A stretch of DNA of 64,000 bases from an uncultured bacterium (GTDB lineage: Bacteria; Patescibacteriota; Minisyncoccia; Moranbacterales; UBA2206), in assembly GCA_903937035.1 (NCBI GenBank), contig CAIZXS010000017.1, positions 660-64,659 on the forward strand, in the 5' to 3' direction. Below are positions 30,412 to 40,318 of the stretch, in pieces; the stretch's first letter is position 1, and every line of letters starts with the position of its first letter. The translations under genes and the position numbers were made by a program. The notes beneath the pieces were generated by a model, which saw only the letters and a program-made list of their open reading frames with translations, was not told the DNA's origin and searched no databases.

Positions 30412-32832
30412 ATGCGTTATTCATTTGGTTGGTTACAAGAATTAAGCGGAACAAAACTATCTCCTGAAAAAGCGGCGGAGCTTTTGACGATGCATTCGTT
30501 TGAGATTGAAGGTTTGGAGAAAAACAATAATAATTTTGATGGTGTGGTGGTGGGTGAAATATTGGAAATCACAAAGCATCCAAACGCTGATAAATTACAG
30601 ATCGCAATCGTAGAGACGCATTGCAACGCGTCTGTACAAAAATTGCAAATCGTCTGCGGCGCGCCAAATATTGCGGTTGGTCAAAAAGTGCCAGTAGCCT
30701 TAGTTGGGACGACATTGCCGGGGGATTTTACAATCAAAGAGGCTGAAATCCGCGGAGTGAAATCTTTTGGTATGCTTTGCGCGGAGGATGAGCTAGGCTT
30801 AGGCAAAGATCATGCGGGAATTTTAATCCTCGATAAAAAGGCGAAAGTGGGTGAGTTGGCGGCAAAATATTTAGGCGGAACAGATGATAGTGTTTTGGAA
30901 ATTAAAGTCTTGCCGGATCGCGCGCATGATATTTTGAGTCATGTTGGTGTGGCAAGAGAATTGGCTGTTTTGGAAAAAAGGAAGTTCTCCGCCCAAGGTG
31001 GATCCGCCTCAGGCGGAGCCTATGCTTTTGACGAGCTGATTTTACCAACAAAAAAAAACCAAAAACTGAAAGTGGAAATTAAAGATAAGGATTTGTGCAG
31101 GAGATACATTGGCGCGGTGATGGAAAATATTGTCATTAAAGAATCGCCACAATGGCTGAAAGACAGATTAGAAATTTGTGGTCTGCGGCCGATTAATAAT
31201 GTAGTAGATGCGACGAATTATGTAATGCTCGAGTTGGGACAGCCTCTGCATGCTTTTGATCGCGATTTAATTCAAGATGCTAATAAAAAATGTCAGATAG
31301 TGGTTCGCGGGGCTGTAAAAGATGAAAAAATGACACTTCTGGATGGTACTGAAATTGAACTATCGGAAAATAATCTTCTCATTACAAACGGCAAAACTCC
31401 TTTGGCACTTGCGGGGATTATGGGTGGAAAAGAGTCTGGAATAAATGAAAATACCAAAACGATTGTGCTTGAGGCGGCTAGCTTTGACGCGGTGAATATC
31501 AGAAGAACGCGAACGGCACTGGGACTGAACACTGATTCGTCTTATCGTTTTGAAAAAGATCTTGATCCTAATTTGACTGAAAAAGCGATGGTGCGCATTA
31601 TTGATATCTTGGAACATATTGCCGATGGAAATGTTGAGGGAATTGTGGATATTTATCCAAAGAAAATTAGTTCTTGGACAGTGAAGCTAGATTTGGAATA
31701 TGCTAATCAGCTCTTGGGGGAGAAAGTGCCGGAAAAAGAAATTTTAAATATTCTCAGTTTACTTGGAATTAAAGTGCAAAAGAAGAAGCTACTTGAGTGC
31801 CAAATTCCAACTTATCGCCTAGACTTGCGAACACAGGAAGATTTGATTGAAGATATCGGACGTGTTTGGGGTTATGAAAAAATTGCTCCGCGACCGATGG
31901 TGGCGGAAGTTTTGCCGGCAAAATTGAATGAGCAAGTTTTCTTTGAAAGAAAAATGCAAGATGTGCTCACAGGCCTCGGATTTGATGAAATGTATAATTA
32001 TTCTTTCTATAGTGCGGACGATTTGAGAAAAACCGGTCTTAGCGCGAGTGATCATTTGCAATTGGCCAATCCGATGAATCCCGATCAGGAATTTGTGCGG
32101 GCGTACATGGTGCCAAATATTTTGAAAAATGTGCGAGAAAATCTCAAGAATTTTTCATGCATTAGTATTTTTGAAATCGGCAAATGTTATCTGCTTAAAA
32201 ATAGTGAGCCTATCGAAGAGTGTAATTTGATTTTGGCAAAAGTGCTCGAGAAAGATTCTAATTTAGAAACATTTTATGGTTTGAAAGGCACGATGGAAGA
32301 TTTGCTTGAAGCGCTTAATATTAAAAATGTTCAATTTTTAGAAATTGAAAAACCTGGGACAATCTTAAATCCAGGAAGAACGGCGAAAATTAGTGTGGGC
32401 GGAAAAGTCGTCGGCTTTATTGGCGAAGTCAATCAAGCAGTGCTCGCGAGCTATAAAATCTCTAAGCGTCTAGCGGTGGCAGAAATAAACCTAGAAGTGT
32501 TGCGCCTCCTTCGCCAAGGCTCCGGCGGGCCGAAGAAAAATATTTTAGAGTATAAGCCAATCAATAAATTCCCAGTCGTTTCTCGTGATATTTCAATGAT
32601 TGTTCCGAAAGAAATTAAATATGCTGAGATTGTTGCATTGGCTAAGAAAAATGGCGGAGAATTAATCGATAATATTTTATTATTTGATCGTTTTGAAGCC
32701 AAAAATAGTATGGCGATCAGGATTGAAATGAGCGCGAAAGACCGAACATTGGAAGGTGCTGAGATTGATGCAGCGATGGAAAAAATCGTTTCCAGTTTGA
32801 AAGATGATTTAAGGGTTGAAGTGAGGAAGTGA
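30412..32832 (+). CDS. pheT: Phenylalanine--tRNA ligase beta subunit with three in-frame palindromic inserts
   Basis: HPNADKL, IVCGAPN, NNVVDATNYVMLELGQPLHAFD, SSYRFEK and DLIEDIGR. Confidence 0.97.
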   Translation: MRYSFGWLQELSGTKLSPEKAAELLTMHSFEIEGLEKNNNNFDGVVVGEILEITKHPNADKLQIAIVETHCNASVQKLQIVCGAPNIAVGQKVPVALVGTTLPGDFTIKEAEIRGVKSFGMLCAEDELGLGKDHAGILILDKKAKVGELAAKYLGGTDDSVLEIKVLPDRAHDILSHVGVARELAVLEKRKFSAQGGSASGGAYAFDELILPTKKNQKLKVEIKDKDLCRRYIGAVMENIVIKESPQWLKDRLEICGLRPINNVVDATNYVMLELGQPLHAFDRDLIQDANKKCQIVVRGAVKDEKMTLLDGTEIELSENNLLITNGKTPLALAGIMGGKESGINENTKTIVLEAASFDAVNIRRTRTALGLNTDSSYRFEKDLDPNLTEKAMVRIIDILEHIADGNVEGIVDIYPKKISSWTVKLDLEYANQLLGEKVPEKEILNILSLLGIKVQKKKLLECQIPTYRLDLRTQEDLIEDIGRVWGYEKIAPRPMVAEVLPAKLNEQVFFERKMQDVLTGLGFDEMYNYSFYSADDLRKTGLSASDHLQLANPMNPDQEFVRAYMVPNILKNVRENLKNFSCISIFEIGKCYLLKNSEPIEECNLILAKVLEKDSNLETFYGLKGTMEDLLEALNIKNVQFLEIEKPGTILNPGRTAKISVGGKVVGFIGEVNQAVLASYKISKRLAVAEINLEVLRLLRQGSGGPKKNILEYKPINKFPVVSRDISMIVPKEIKYAEIVALAKKNGGELIDNILLFDRFEAKNSMAIRIEMSAKDRTLEGAEIDAAMEKIVSSLKDDLRVEVRK

Positions 32833-32864
32833 AAAAATAAACATCAAACGAGGGGAGGTATAAA

Positions 32865-33125
32865 ATGACGACTAGTTCTTTGGATGTACGTGGTTATTTG
32901 GATGAATCTATTGGCAAGTACACACCACTTCAGGGTAATATTTGTAAAAGCGAATGCTGTAATGGGAAAGTTGTCAAGGAAGTGCTGGGTATTTATCGGG
33001 GAGAATTTAAATATTCTATCCCAACTTGTCAAAATTGTGGAAGGCTATATTTTTTGGCAGAAAATGTTTCCACAAAAGGAAAAGAGGACTTTGTAGATAA
33101 AGTAAATCAACCTTTTACTGTTTAG
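32865..33125 (+). CDS. Small Cys-rich zinc-ribbon-like protein
   Basis: GGAGG SD; CKSECC...CQNC; followed by hairpin TTTGGAGTGA...TCACTCCAAA. Confidence 0.6.
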   Translation: MTTSSLDVRGYLDESIGKYTPLQGNICKSECCNGKVVKEVLGIYRGEFKYSIPTCQNCGRLYFLAENVSTKGKEDFVDKVNQPFTV

Positions 33126-33198
33126 TCATGTTTGGAGTGATGCTTGAATCCGAGCTCACTCCAAAATTTATAAAAAAAGAATTTTTAAATATACATCA

Positions 33199-35829
33199 AT
33201 GCAAGAAATTCCAAAAACCTACGAACCCCAAAAATACGAAGACAAGATTTATTCGTTATGGGAAAAATCCGGAAAATTTAATCCGGATAATTTGAAGTTG
33301 CCAAAAAACGCTAAACCGTACACGATTATTCTTCCGCCACCGAACATTACGGACAAACTGCATCTTGGACACGCTTCGATTATTGCAATTGAAGATTTAT
33401 TGATTCGCTTTCATCGCATGAAAGGTTTTCGGGCGCTCTATTTGCCTGGAACTGACCATGCTTCAATTGCTACGCAAAATGTGGTGGAAAAAAAGCTGCT
33501 GAAAGATCAGGGGCTAACTCGCCATGATTTGGGACGGGAAAAATTTTTGGAAGAAGTTTGGAAATTTTTGCGTGTGACTCAAGCGACGATCTTGAAACAA
33601 GCACGCAAGATGGGCGGGTCTTTTGATTGGTCGCGCGAAGCTTTCACACTAGACGCCCAGAGGAAAAAAGCCGTGACCAAAATGTTTTTGGATATGCACG
33701 CGGAAGGTTTGGTTTATCGCGGGAAAAGAATTGTCAATTGGTGCCCACGTTGTAAATCAACTTTGGCGGATGACGAAGTGGAATATAATGAAGAAATCGG
33801 AAAACTGTATTGGATCAGATATGGACCATTTGTTTTGGCAACTTCACGACCAGAAACAAAACTTGGTGATACGGCCGTGGCAGTCTATCCCGGCGATAAG
33901 CGTTATGCGAAAATGGTCGGGAAGAAATATATGATTCCCGGAGTTTTGGGAGAATTTGAAATCACAGTTGTGGCTGACAAGGCGGTGGATCCAAAATTTG
34001 GCAGTGGCGCAATCAAAGTCACTCCGGCGCATGATTTTACAGACTATGCGATTTCTCAAAAACATAATATTGCCTTGAAACAAATCATTGATGAAGATGG
34101 AAAAATGATGTCAAATTGTGGCAAATATGCCGGAATGACCACGCTAGAGGCAAGAAAAGCGATCGTGGCTGATATGGAAAAGATGGGGTTTATTGATCAC
34201 GTTGAAGATGGCTACAAGCATAATTTAGCAACCTGCTATCGATGCGGAGCAACGATCGAACCAATCCCTTCCGAGCAATGGTTTTTGGCGGTGGACAAAA
34301 AACTCAAACGCCTAGGAGGAAAATCGCTCAAAGAAAAGGCGCTCGAAGTGGCAAAAAATGGAAAGATCAAATTTTACCCTTTTCGCTTTACGAAGCGCTA
34401 CATTGATTGGATGACAAATTTGCATGACTGGTGTATTTCTCGCCAAATTTGGTTTGGGCATGAGTTTCCAGTTTGGTACAGAGACAGTAATCAGAAATCA
34501 GTGAGCAGCGAACAGCAGAAGGAGATTTATGTTGGTGAAAAAGCGCCGAAAGGTAAGGGTTGGGTGAGGGACCCGGATACTTTTGATACTTGGTTTTCTT
34601 CGGGAATGTGGAGTTTTTCGACACTGGGCTGGCCCGATAATTATAAAAATAATAAAAAAACAGGGGATTTGGCGAAGTTTCATCCTACACAGGTATTGGA
34701 AACTGGTTATGAAATTTTGACTTTGTGGGTTTCGCGGATGATTATGATGTCACTTTTTGCGCTTGGTGAAATTCCCTTTGAGAATGTTTATTTGCACGGA
34801 ATGGTCTTGGATCAATTTGGCAAAAAGATGTCGAAATCAAAGGGCAATGGAATCGATCCGATGGATATGATCGAAAAATTTGGAACCGATGCAGTGAGAC
34901 TTTCACTGCTCATTGGCTCTGCTCCGGGAAATGATATGCGCTTGTCGGAAGAGAAAATTGCTAGTTACAGAAATTTTGTCACCAAACTTTGGAATATCTA
35001 TCGCTATTGCGTTCACGCTGATGGTAAGTTTTTATTGATTGAGAAAATAAGCCAGAAAGATTTGAAGTCACTTTCTGATAGGTGGATTGTCAGTGAGCTC
35101 AATAGGCTAATTGAAGCGGTTACCGATAATTTGAATGAATATAAATTCTCGTTAGCAGGAGAGATGCTTGAGAAATTTATTTGGAATGATTTTGCGTCGT
35201 GGTACCTTGAAATAAATAAGCTGGAAAATAATTCGAAAGTGCTTGGCTATGTTTTAGATAAAATCTTGAAGCTGTCGCATCCTTTTGCTCCTTTTATCAC
35301 CGAAAAGATTTGGCAGGATATGTATGAGGGTAAATGCATTTTAATGGTCGAAAAATGGCCAGTGGCGGACAAAAAACTGATTGACAAAAAAGCTCAGATG
35401 GAGTTTGATAGCCTCAGGCAGGTTGTGAGTAAGATTAGGAATACCCGCGCTAGCTATCACATTGATCCAGGCAAAACGATTCAAGTTTTTGCTAAAAAGG
35501 CAGAAAATAAAGAAGTATTGGAAAAGCTGGCGCGGATAAAAATTGACATTGTTTCGAAAATTGATACTAATGGAATTGTGGTCGCTGGAAAAAAAATCAA
35601 GCTGACTTTGGCGATTTCCGACCTGGTGGACATAGAAAAAGAGAAAGCAAGATTGGGAAAGGAGATTGCTAATCTGGAGGGATTAATCGTGAAGACCGGA
35701 GCGCTGCTCGGTAATAAGAATTTTGTAAAAAGTGCACCAAAAGAGATTATTTTGGTGAATCAAGCGAAATTGAAAGAATATGGCGATAAGCTGAAAATTC
35801 AGCAAGAGCTTTTTGAAAACTTGAGATAA
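33199..35829 (+). CDS. valS: Valine--tRNA ligase
   Basis: PPPNIT..LHLGH, DWCISRQIWFGH, DTWFSS, KMSKS and C-terminal coiled coil. Confidence 0.97.
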   Translation: MQEIPKTYEPQKYEDKIYSLWEKSGKFNPDNLKLPKNAKPYTIILPPPNITDKLHLGHASIIAIEDLLIRFHRMKGFRALYLPGTDHASIATQNVVEKKLLKDQGLTRHDLGREKFLEEVWKFLRVTQATILKQARKMGGSFDWSREAFTLDAQRKKAVTKMFLDMHAEGLVYRGKRIVNWCPRCKSTLADDEVEYNEEIGKLYWIRYGPFVLATSRPETKLGDTAVAVYPGDKRYAKMVGKKYMIPGVLGEFEITVVADKAVDPKFGSGAIKVTPAHDFTDYAISQKHNIALKQIIDEDGKMMSNCGKYAGMTTLEARKAIVADMEKMGFIDHVEDGYKHNLATCYRCGATIEPIPSEQWFLAVDKKLKRLGGKSLKEKALEVAKNGKIKFYPFRFTKRYIDWMTNLHDWCISRQIWFGHEFPVWYRDSNQKSVSSEQQKEIYVGEKAPKGKGWVRDPDTFDTWFSSGMWSFSTLGWPDNYKNNKKTGDLAKFHPTQVLETGYEILTLWVSRMIMMSLFALGEIPFENVYLHGMVLDQFGKKMSKSKGNGIDPMDMIEKFGTDAVRLSLLIGSAPGNDMRLSEEKIASYRNFVTKLWNIYRYCVHADGKFLLIEKISQKDLKSLSDRWIVSELNRLIEAVTDNLNEYKFSLAGEMLEKFIWNDFASWYLEINKLENNSKVLGYVLDKILKLSHPFAPFITEKIWQDMYEGKCILMVEKWPVADKKLIDKKAQMEFDSLRQVVSKIRNTRASYHIDPGKTIQVFAKKAENKEVLEKLARIKIDIVSKIDTNGIVVAGKKIKLTLAISDLVDIEKEKARLGKEIANLEGLIVKTGALLGNKNFVKSAPKEIILVNQAKLKEYGDKLKIQQELFENLR

Positions 35830-35859
35830 ATGTTCTTTTGAGCGGAAGAGGGGTCGTGA

Positions 35860-36189
35860 ATGAGCAAAAATGGTAGCAAGAATAATAATAAGAAGCCGGA
35901 AAATGGGAGAAAAATGACTCGTCATCATTTGCTTCCAGCTAGTCGGGGAGGGCTAACGGACCAGTATAATATTGTGACTATCCCGAGAAGGTATCATGAG
36001 AGTTGGCACATTTTTTTCGGAAATCTTACTCCACAAGAGGCGATTCAGTTTTTGAATGCTATTTTTCTTGGAGAAGGAAGGAAACAGCGTAGAAAAAAAT
36101 GGACGATGGAGAGTTTGTATGAGTTGCAGCTGACAATTCAAAAGCAGACGATTAGTATCGAAAAAAAGCAAAAAAAGAAGAAACAATAG
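35860..36189 (+). CDS. Small HNH-like protein
   Basis: TRHHLLPASRGG...NIV...HESWH resembles a minimal HNH fold. Confidence 0.55.
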   Translation: MSKNGSKNNNKKPENGRKMTRHHLLPASRGGLTDQYNIVTIPRRYHESWHIFFGNLTPQEAIQFLNAIFLGEGRKQRRKKWTMESLYELQLTIQKQTISIEKKQKKKKQ

Positions 36190-36251
36190 ACTTGTCGAGT
36201 ATATGTGAAATAGCGGTGAGGCCAATGCTGAATCGCTATTTTTTGTCCCTA

Positions 36252-36460
36252 TTGACAAGAAATCGAAAACTCGCTAATATAGTTAAAGACATTGAAAAAC
36301 TGAATACAAAGTCTGCTTAGGCAGATTTTAAGTCCAAATAGAGGGAAAACTCAGAACTCATGAACTTGGACCATCTCATTCTCTCGAAGGGTAATCACTA
36401 AAAGCTAAATAAGCTTTTGGTTTTGACGCTTTGAGAAATTCCGTCTATTTTTTTATTTCT
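36252..36460 (+). promoter_or_regulatory. Sigma-70 promoter and structured 5' leader of the infA operon
   Basis: TTGACA-17-TAATAT (36252-36280); several stems in 36308-36450. Confidence 0.55.
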
Positions 36461-36486
36461 GTTTTATTTAATGTCAAAATTATTTT

Positions 36487-36708
36487 ATGGCACAAGACAA
36501 AGAAATAGTTAAATTAGAGGGTGTGGTTGTTGAGCTTTTGCCCAGTGCAACGTTCAAAGTTAAGTTGCCCAATGGTCATGAGATTTTCGCCTATATTTCC
36601 GGAAAAATGCGCGTAAACTATATTCGCCTGATTCCCGGAGATCGAGTGCTGGTTGAAATGAGCCCATATGACCTAACTAAGGGGCGAGTAGTGCAGCGGC
36701 TTAAATAA
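36487..36708 (+). CDS. infA: Translation initiation factor IF-1
   Basis: [30 protein letters not shown]. Confidence 0.98.
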   Translation: MAQDKEIVKLEGVVVELLPSATFKVKLPNGHEIFAYISGKMRVNYIRLIPGDRVLVEMSPYDLTKGRVVQRLK

Positions 36709-36725
36709 AAATTTGTAAAAAATAT

Positions 36726-36839
36726 ATGAAAGTTAAGGCATCAGTTAGAAAAATTTGTGATAAGTGCAAGACCGTTAAAAGAAAGGGTGTGCTCTTTGTG
36801 ATTTGTTCTAATCCCAAGCACAAACAACGTCAAGGCTAG
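36726..36839 (+). CDS. rpmJ: 50S ribosomal protein L36 (not in the ORF track)
   Basis: [15 protein letters not shown]...[13 protein letters not shown]. Confidence 0.97.
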   Translation: MKVKASVRKICDKCKTVKRKGVLFVICSNPKHKQRQG

Positions 36840-36875
36840 TTGGAAACTTTTTAATTAGTAGCAAGAATTATCAAT

Positions 36876-37262
36876 ATGTTAAGAATCGCTGGAGTAAATA
36901 TTCCTGATAATAAAAGAATCGAGATTTCACTCACCTATATATACGGAGTAGGTAAAAATACTTCTTCGGATATTTTGGCTGAGCTTAAAATTGATAAAGA
37001 TAAGAGAACTAAGGATTTGACCGAAGAGGAACAAAACAGTATTCGTAGTTATGTGGAAAAGAAAATTAAGATCGAAGGAGATTTAAAGTTAGAAGTGCGA
37101 GACAATGTAAAGCGTCTAAAGGAAGTCGGCTGTTACCGTGGAACAAGACACCAAAGAGGTCTTCCCGTACGTGGACAGAGAACCAAGACCAATAATCGTA
37201 CTGTTCGAGGTAATGTTCGAAGAACAATGGGGTCTGGTAGAGTGAAGACGGAAAAGACCTAG
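36876..37262 (+). CDS. rpsM: 30S ribosomal protein S13
   Basis: RIAGVNIP and [18 protein letters not shown]. Confidence 0.98.
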   Translation: MLRIAGVNIPDNKRIEISLTYIYGVGKNTSSDILAELKIDKDKRTKDLTEEEQNSIRSYVEKKIKIEGDLKLEVRDNVKRLKEVGCYRGTRHQRGLPVRGQRTKTNNRTVRGNVRRTMGSGRVKTEKT

Positions 37263-37310
37263 AGTTAGCGATTAAGCGAGTATTTAAAGATTAGCTATAA
37301 GTATATTTTT

Positions 37311-37796
37311 ATGACGAATGATACACAGCAAAAAAAGGCAGAAGAAGTAGTCGCTCCAAAGGCGGAGATTTCTGATGCAGCGATTCTTTCCACTCTTTCT
37401 GGTGAAGAAGTGAAATTGGAGCTTAAGAAAGTCAAGAAAGCCAAAAAACAAGTATTGAAAGGCCGAGCAACAGTAAAATGTTCTTATAATAATACGATTG
37501 TTAATATTTCTGATAGTGAAGGCGGAGTTCTTGGGTGGTGTTCATCAGGACTCTTAGGGTTCAAAGGTGCAAAAAAAGCCACTCCCTACGCTGCAACTCA
37601 AGTCGTGGCTAATGTTAGTGAAAAGGTTAGAAAATATGGCGTTAAAGAATTGGAAGTGTTTGTTCGTGGAGTAGGGTCTGGGCGAGAAGCTTCAATCCGC
37701 GCACTGGCAAACAATGGCTTTGAAATTACTATGATTAAAGATACAACGCCAATTCCTCATAATGGTTGTCGTGCCAAGAAACCTCGTCGAGTTTAA
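37311..37796 (+). CDS. rpsK: 30S ribosomal protein S11 with N-terminal extension
   Basis: NNTIV, GFKGAKKATPYAA and DTTPIPHNGCR. Confidence 0.97.
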   Translation: MTNDTQQKKAEEVVAPKAEISDAAILSTLSGEEVKLELKKVKKAKKQVLKGRATVKCSYNNTIVNISDSEGGVLGWCSSGLLGFKGAKKATPYAATQVVANVSEKVRKYGVKELEVFVRGVGSGREASIRALANNGFEITMIKDTTPIPHNGCRAKKPRRV

Positions 37797-37835
37797 TTTT
37801 AGTTTTTGTATAAATTATTTATTTAGAAAGAGCAT

Positions 37836-38471
37836 ATGGCTAGAGATACTCAAGCACAATGTCGAAAATGTCGAAGAGCAATGGAGAAACTTTTCCTAAA
37901 AGGTGACCGTTGTAACGGTCCAAAATGTGGAATGATTAAACGCGCCTATATTCCTGGAGTGCACGGCAAAAAAATGTCTCGTGGTAACCGCAGTGAATAT
38001 GGTATCCAGTTGGCTGCCAAACAAAAGATTAAGCGCATTTATGGAGTTTTGGAAAAGCAATTTAGAAAACACTTTAGTGATGTTAAGGGTAAAAAAGGTG
38101 TGACCGGAGATCTATTACTTATTCGTTTGGAGACAAGATTGGATAATGTTGTATATCGTCTCGGCTTTGGCGCTTCACGTGCTCAATCCCGTCAACTTGT
38201 TAATCATGGACTTATCGCAGTTAATGGTCGCAAGGTTTCCATTCCATCCTACGAGGTGAAAGTTGGACAGACAATTAGCATTAAAGCTGGGAAAGAGCAG
38301 AAAAATTATTTCAAAAATATTGACCAAGCACTAAAAAATAAGCAAGATTTCCCAAGCTGGATGATATTTGATTCAGCAAAAATTGAAGGGAAAATTGTTA
38401 GTCTTCCAACTCGTGAAGAGATTGGTACTAATGTTGATGCTCAGGTTGTGGTTGAGTATTACTCACGATAA
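37836..38471 (+). CDS. rpsD: 30S ribosomal protein S4
   Basis: CRKCRR..KLFLKGDRC, LETRLDNVVYRLG and VVEYYSR. Confidence 0.98.
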   Translation: MARDTQAQCRKCRRAMEKLFLKGDRCNGPKCGMIKRAYIPGVHGKKMSRGNRSEYGIQLAAKQKIKRIYGVLEKQFRKHFSDVKGKKGVTGDLLLIRLETRLDNVVYRLGFGASRAQSRQLVNHGLIAVNGRKVSIPSYEVKVGQTISIKAGKEQKNYFKNIDQALKNKQDFPSWMIFDSAKIEGKIVSLPTREEIGTNVDAQVVVEYYSR

Positions 38472-38544
38472 TTAAAATATGGGAGAGCGTGTGTCTAAGA
38501 AACATACGTTATATTTCCCCTAATTATTAAAATTTTATAAACAA

Positions 38545-39513
38545 ATGCAAGCAATAACACTTCCTCAAAAACCTAAATACGTTCCAATCGATGAAAAGAC
38601 TGGTCTTTTTGAAATCGATGGTTGTTATCCTGGCTATGGAACGACCGTAGGTAATGCTCTTAGACGTGTGCTTCTTTCGTCTCTTCCAGGCTCTGCTATT
38701 ACTTCTGTTAAAATCAAGGGTGTAAAGCATGAGTTTTCTACTATTCCTAATGTTTTAGAGGATGTGATTCAGATCGTTTTAAACTTGAAGCAAGTTCGCT
38801 TGAAATCTCATAAGGATGAGCCAGTGACAGTCACACTGAGTGTTAGAGGGGAAAGGGTGATCACAGCTGGAATGATTAAGTGTCCAACTGATGTCGAAGT
38901 TATTACAAAAGATGCTCCAATCGCTACTATTACCAATGCTAAGGGTGAATTTGATATGGAAATGGAAGTGGAAAATGGGATTGGTTATGTTCCAGTTGAT
39001 CAGCAAATTAGAGACAAGAAAGAAGTGGGCATGATTGCTCTTGACGCAATTTATACTCCGATTCGTCGAGTGAACTATACCATTGAAAATATGCGCGTGG
39101 GGAAAAGAACTGATTTCGAAAAGATCAAATTGGAAGTGGCAACTGATGGTAGCATTTCTCCAAAAGAGGCTTTTTCGCAGGCAGTTAAAATTCTTAGTGA
39201 TCAATTTTCAGTTCTAACTTCAATTAAAGAAGTAGAAGAAGTAGTTGAGGAGGAAGTGGTTGAGGCTCCAATTGAAGCGGAGGTGACTGAGGTGGTTGCG
39301 GAGGATGTGACTAAGACAGAGGTTGCTGCGCTTAAGAATCTTTCTACCCGGACTTTGAATGTTTTGGAAAAGGCCAATATTGCAACTGTTGCTGATATCG
39401 TAAAACTTACTGAGGTGCAAGTTGGAGAATTAGAAGGTATGGGAGCAAAAGGAATCAAAGAGATCAAGAAAGCAATTGGAGACTTTGGAATTAATCTCAA
39501 AAAAGAAGACTAA
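38545..39513 (+). CDS. rpoA: RNA polymerase alpha subunit
   Basis: GYGTTVGNALRRVLLSSLPG and HEFSTIPNVLED. Confidence 0.98.
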   Translation: MQAITLPQKPKYVPIDEKTGLFEIDGCYPGYGTTVGNALRRVLLSSLPGSAITSVKIKGVKHEFSTIPNVLEDVIQIVLNLKQVRLKSHKDEPVTVTLSVRGERVITAGMIKCPTDVEVITKDAPIATITNAKGEFDMEMEVENGIGYVPVDQQIRDKKEVGMIALDAIYTPIRRVNYTIENMRVGKRTDFEKIKLEVATDGSISPKEAFSQAVKILSDQFSVLTSIKEVEEVVEEEVVEAPIEAEVTEVVAEDVTKTEVAALKNLSTRTLNVLEKANIATVADIVKLTEVQVGELEGMGAKGIKEIKKAIGDFGINLKKED

Positions 39514-39539
39514 TATTTCCGTTTTTTAAGTAAAATATT

Positions 39540-39905
39540 ATGCGACATCAAAATAAGGGAAGAGAATTAGGCAGAGAGCGAAGTCAAAGAAAAGCGTTAT
39601 TCAGAACAATGCTTGGCAGTTTGATTATGCAAGAAAAGATTGAGACTACCGAGGCAAAGGCTAAGGAACTGAAAGGCAAAATTGATCGCTTGATTAACAA
39701 AGCTAAAAAGGGGAAAGACCCAGTGCGCAAATTAGCGATTATTCGAGATCTCAAAAAATATATCCCAGCTATGGCAATGAAAAAAGTGACTGGTGAGTTT
39801 TTGGATAAATTTGAAAAAAGAAGTAGCGGTTATACTAGAATAATTAAATTAGCGCCAAGAAAAAGCGATTCAGCAAGAATTGCGATTATCGAATTCGTAT
39901 ACTAA
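39540..39905 (+). CDS. rplQ: 50S ribosomal protein L17
   Basis: MRH...LGR, IETTEAKAKEL and GYTRIIK. Confidence 0.97.
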   Translation: MRHQNKGRELGRERSQRKALFRTMLGSLIMQEKIETTEAKAKELKGKIDRLINKAKKGKDPVRKLAIIRDLKKYIPAMAMKKVTGEFLDKFEKRSSGYTRIIKLAPRKSDSARIAIIEFVY

Positions 39906-39909
39906 ATTT

Positions 39910-40302
39910 ATGATTACCAGAAAATATCATCTTTTTGATGCAACAGATAAAACGCCAGGAAGAATGTCAACTGAAATTGCCCGAATTTTACGTGGGAAAA
40001 ATAAGGTTGATTTTACACCACATATCGACGGAGGGGATTTCGTGGTTGTAATTAATTCTGACAATGTCAAGATTGCTTATGGCAAGGGAGACAAAAAAAT
40101 CTATTACCGCTTTTCCGGTTATCCTGGAGGAATCACTGCAACTAAACTGAAAGATCAAATTGAGAAGGATTCAAGAAAAGTTATCAAAGATGCTGTTTAT
40201 GGAATGCTTTGCAAGAACAAACTGCGAGACAAAATGATGAAGAGACTTCTCATCTACACTGACGCAACACACAAGCACACTATTGACGGAACAACTAACT
40301 AA
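39910..40302 (+). CDS. rplM: 50S ribosomal protein L13
   Basis: LRGKNK..FTPHIDGGDFVVVIN and SGYPGG; start moved to ATG 39910. Confidence 0.96.
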   Translation: MITRKYHLFDATDKTPGRMSTEIARILRGKNKVDFTPHIDGGDFVVVINSDNVKIAYGKGDKKIYYRFSGYPGGITATKLKDQIEKDSRKVIKDAVYGMLCKNKLRDKMMKRLLIYTDATHKHTIDGTTN

Positions 40303-40318
40303 TACCTATTTTTAAACC

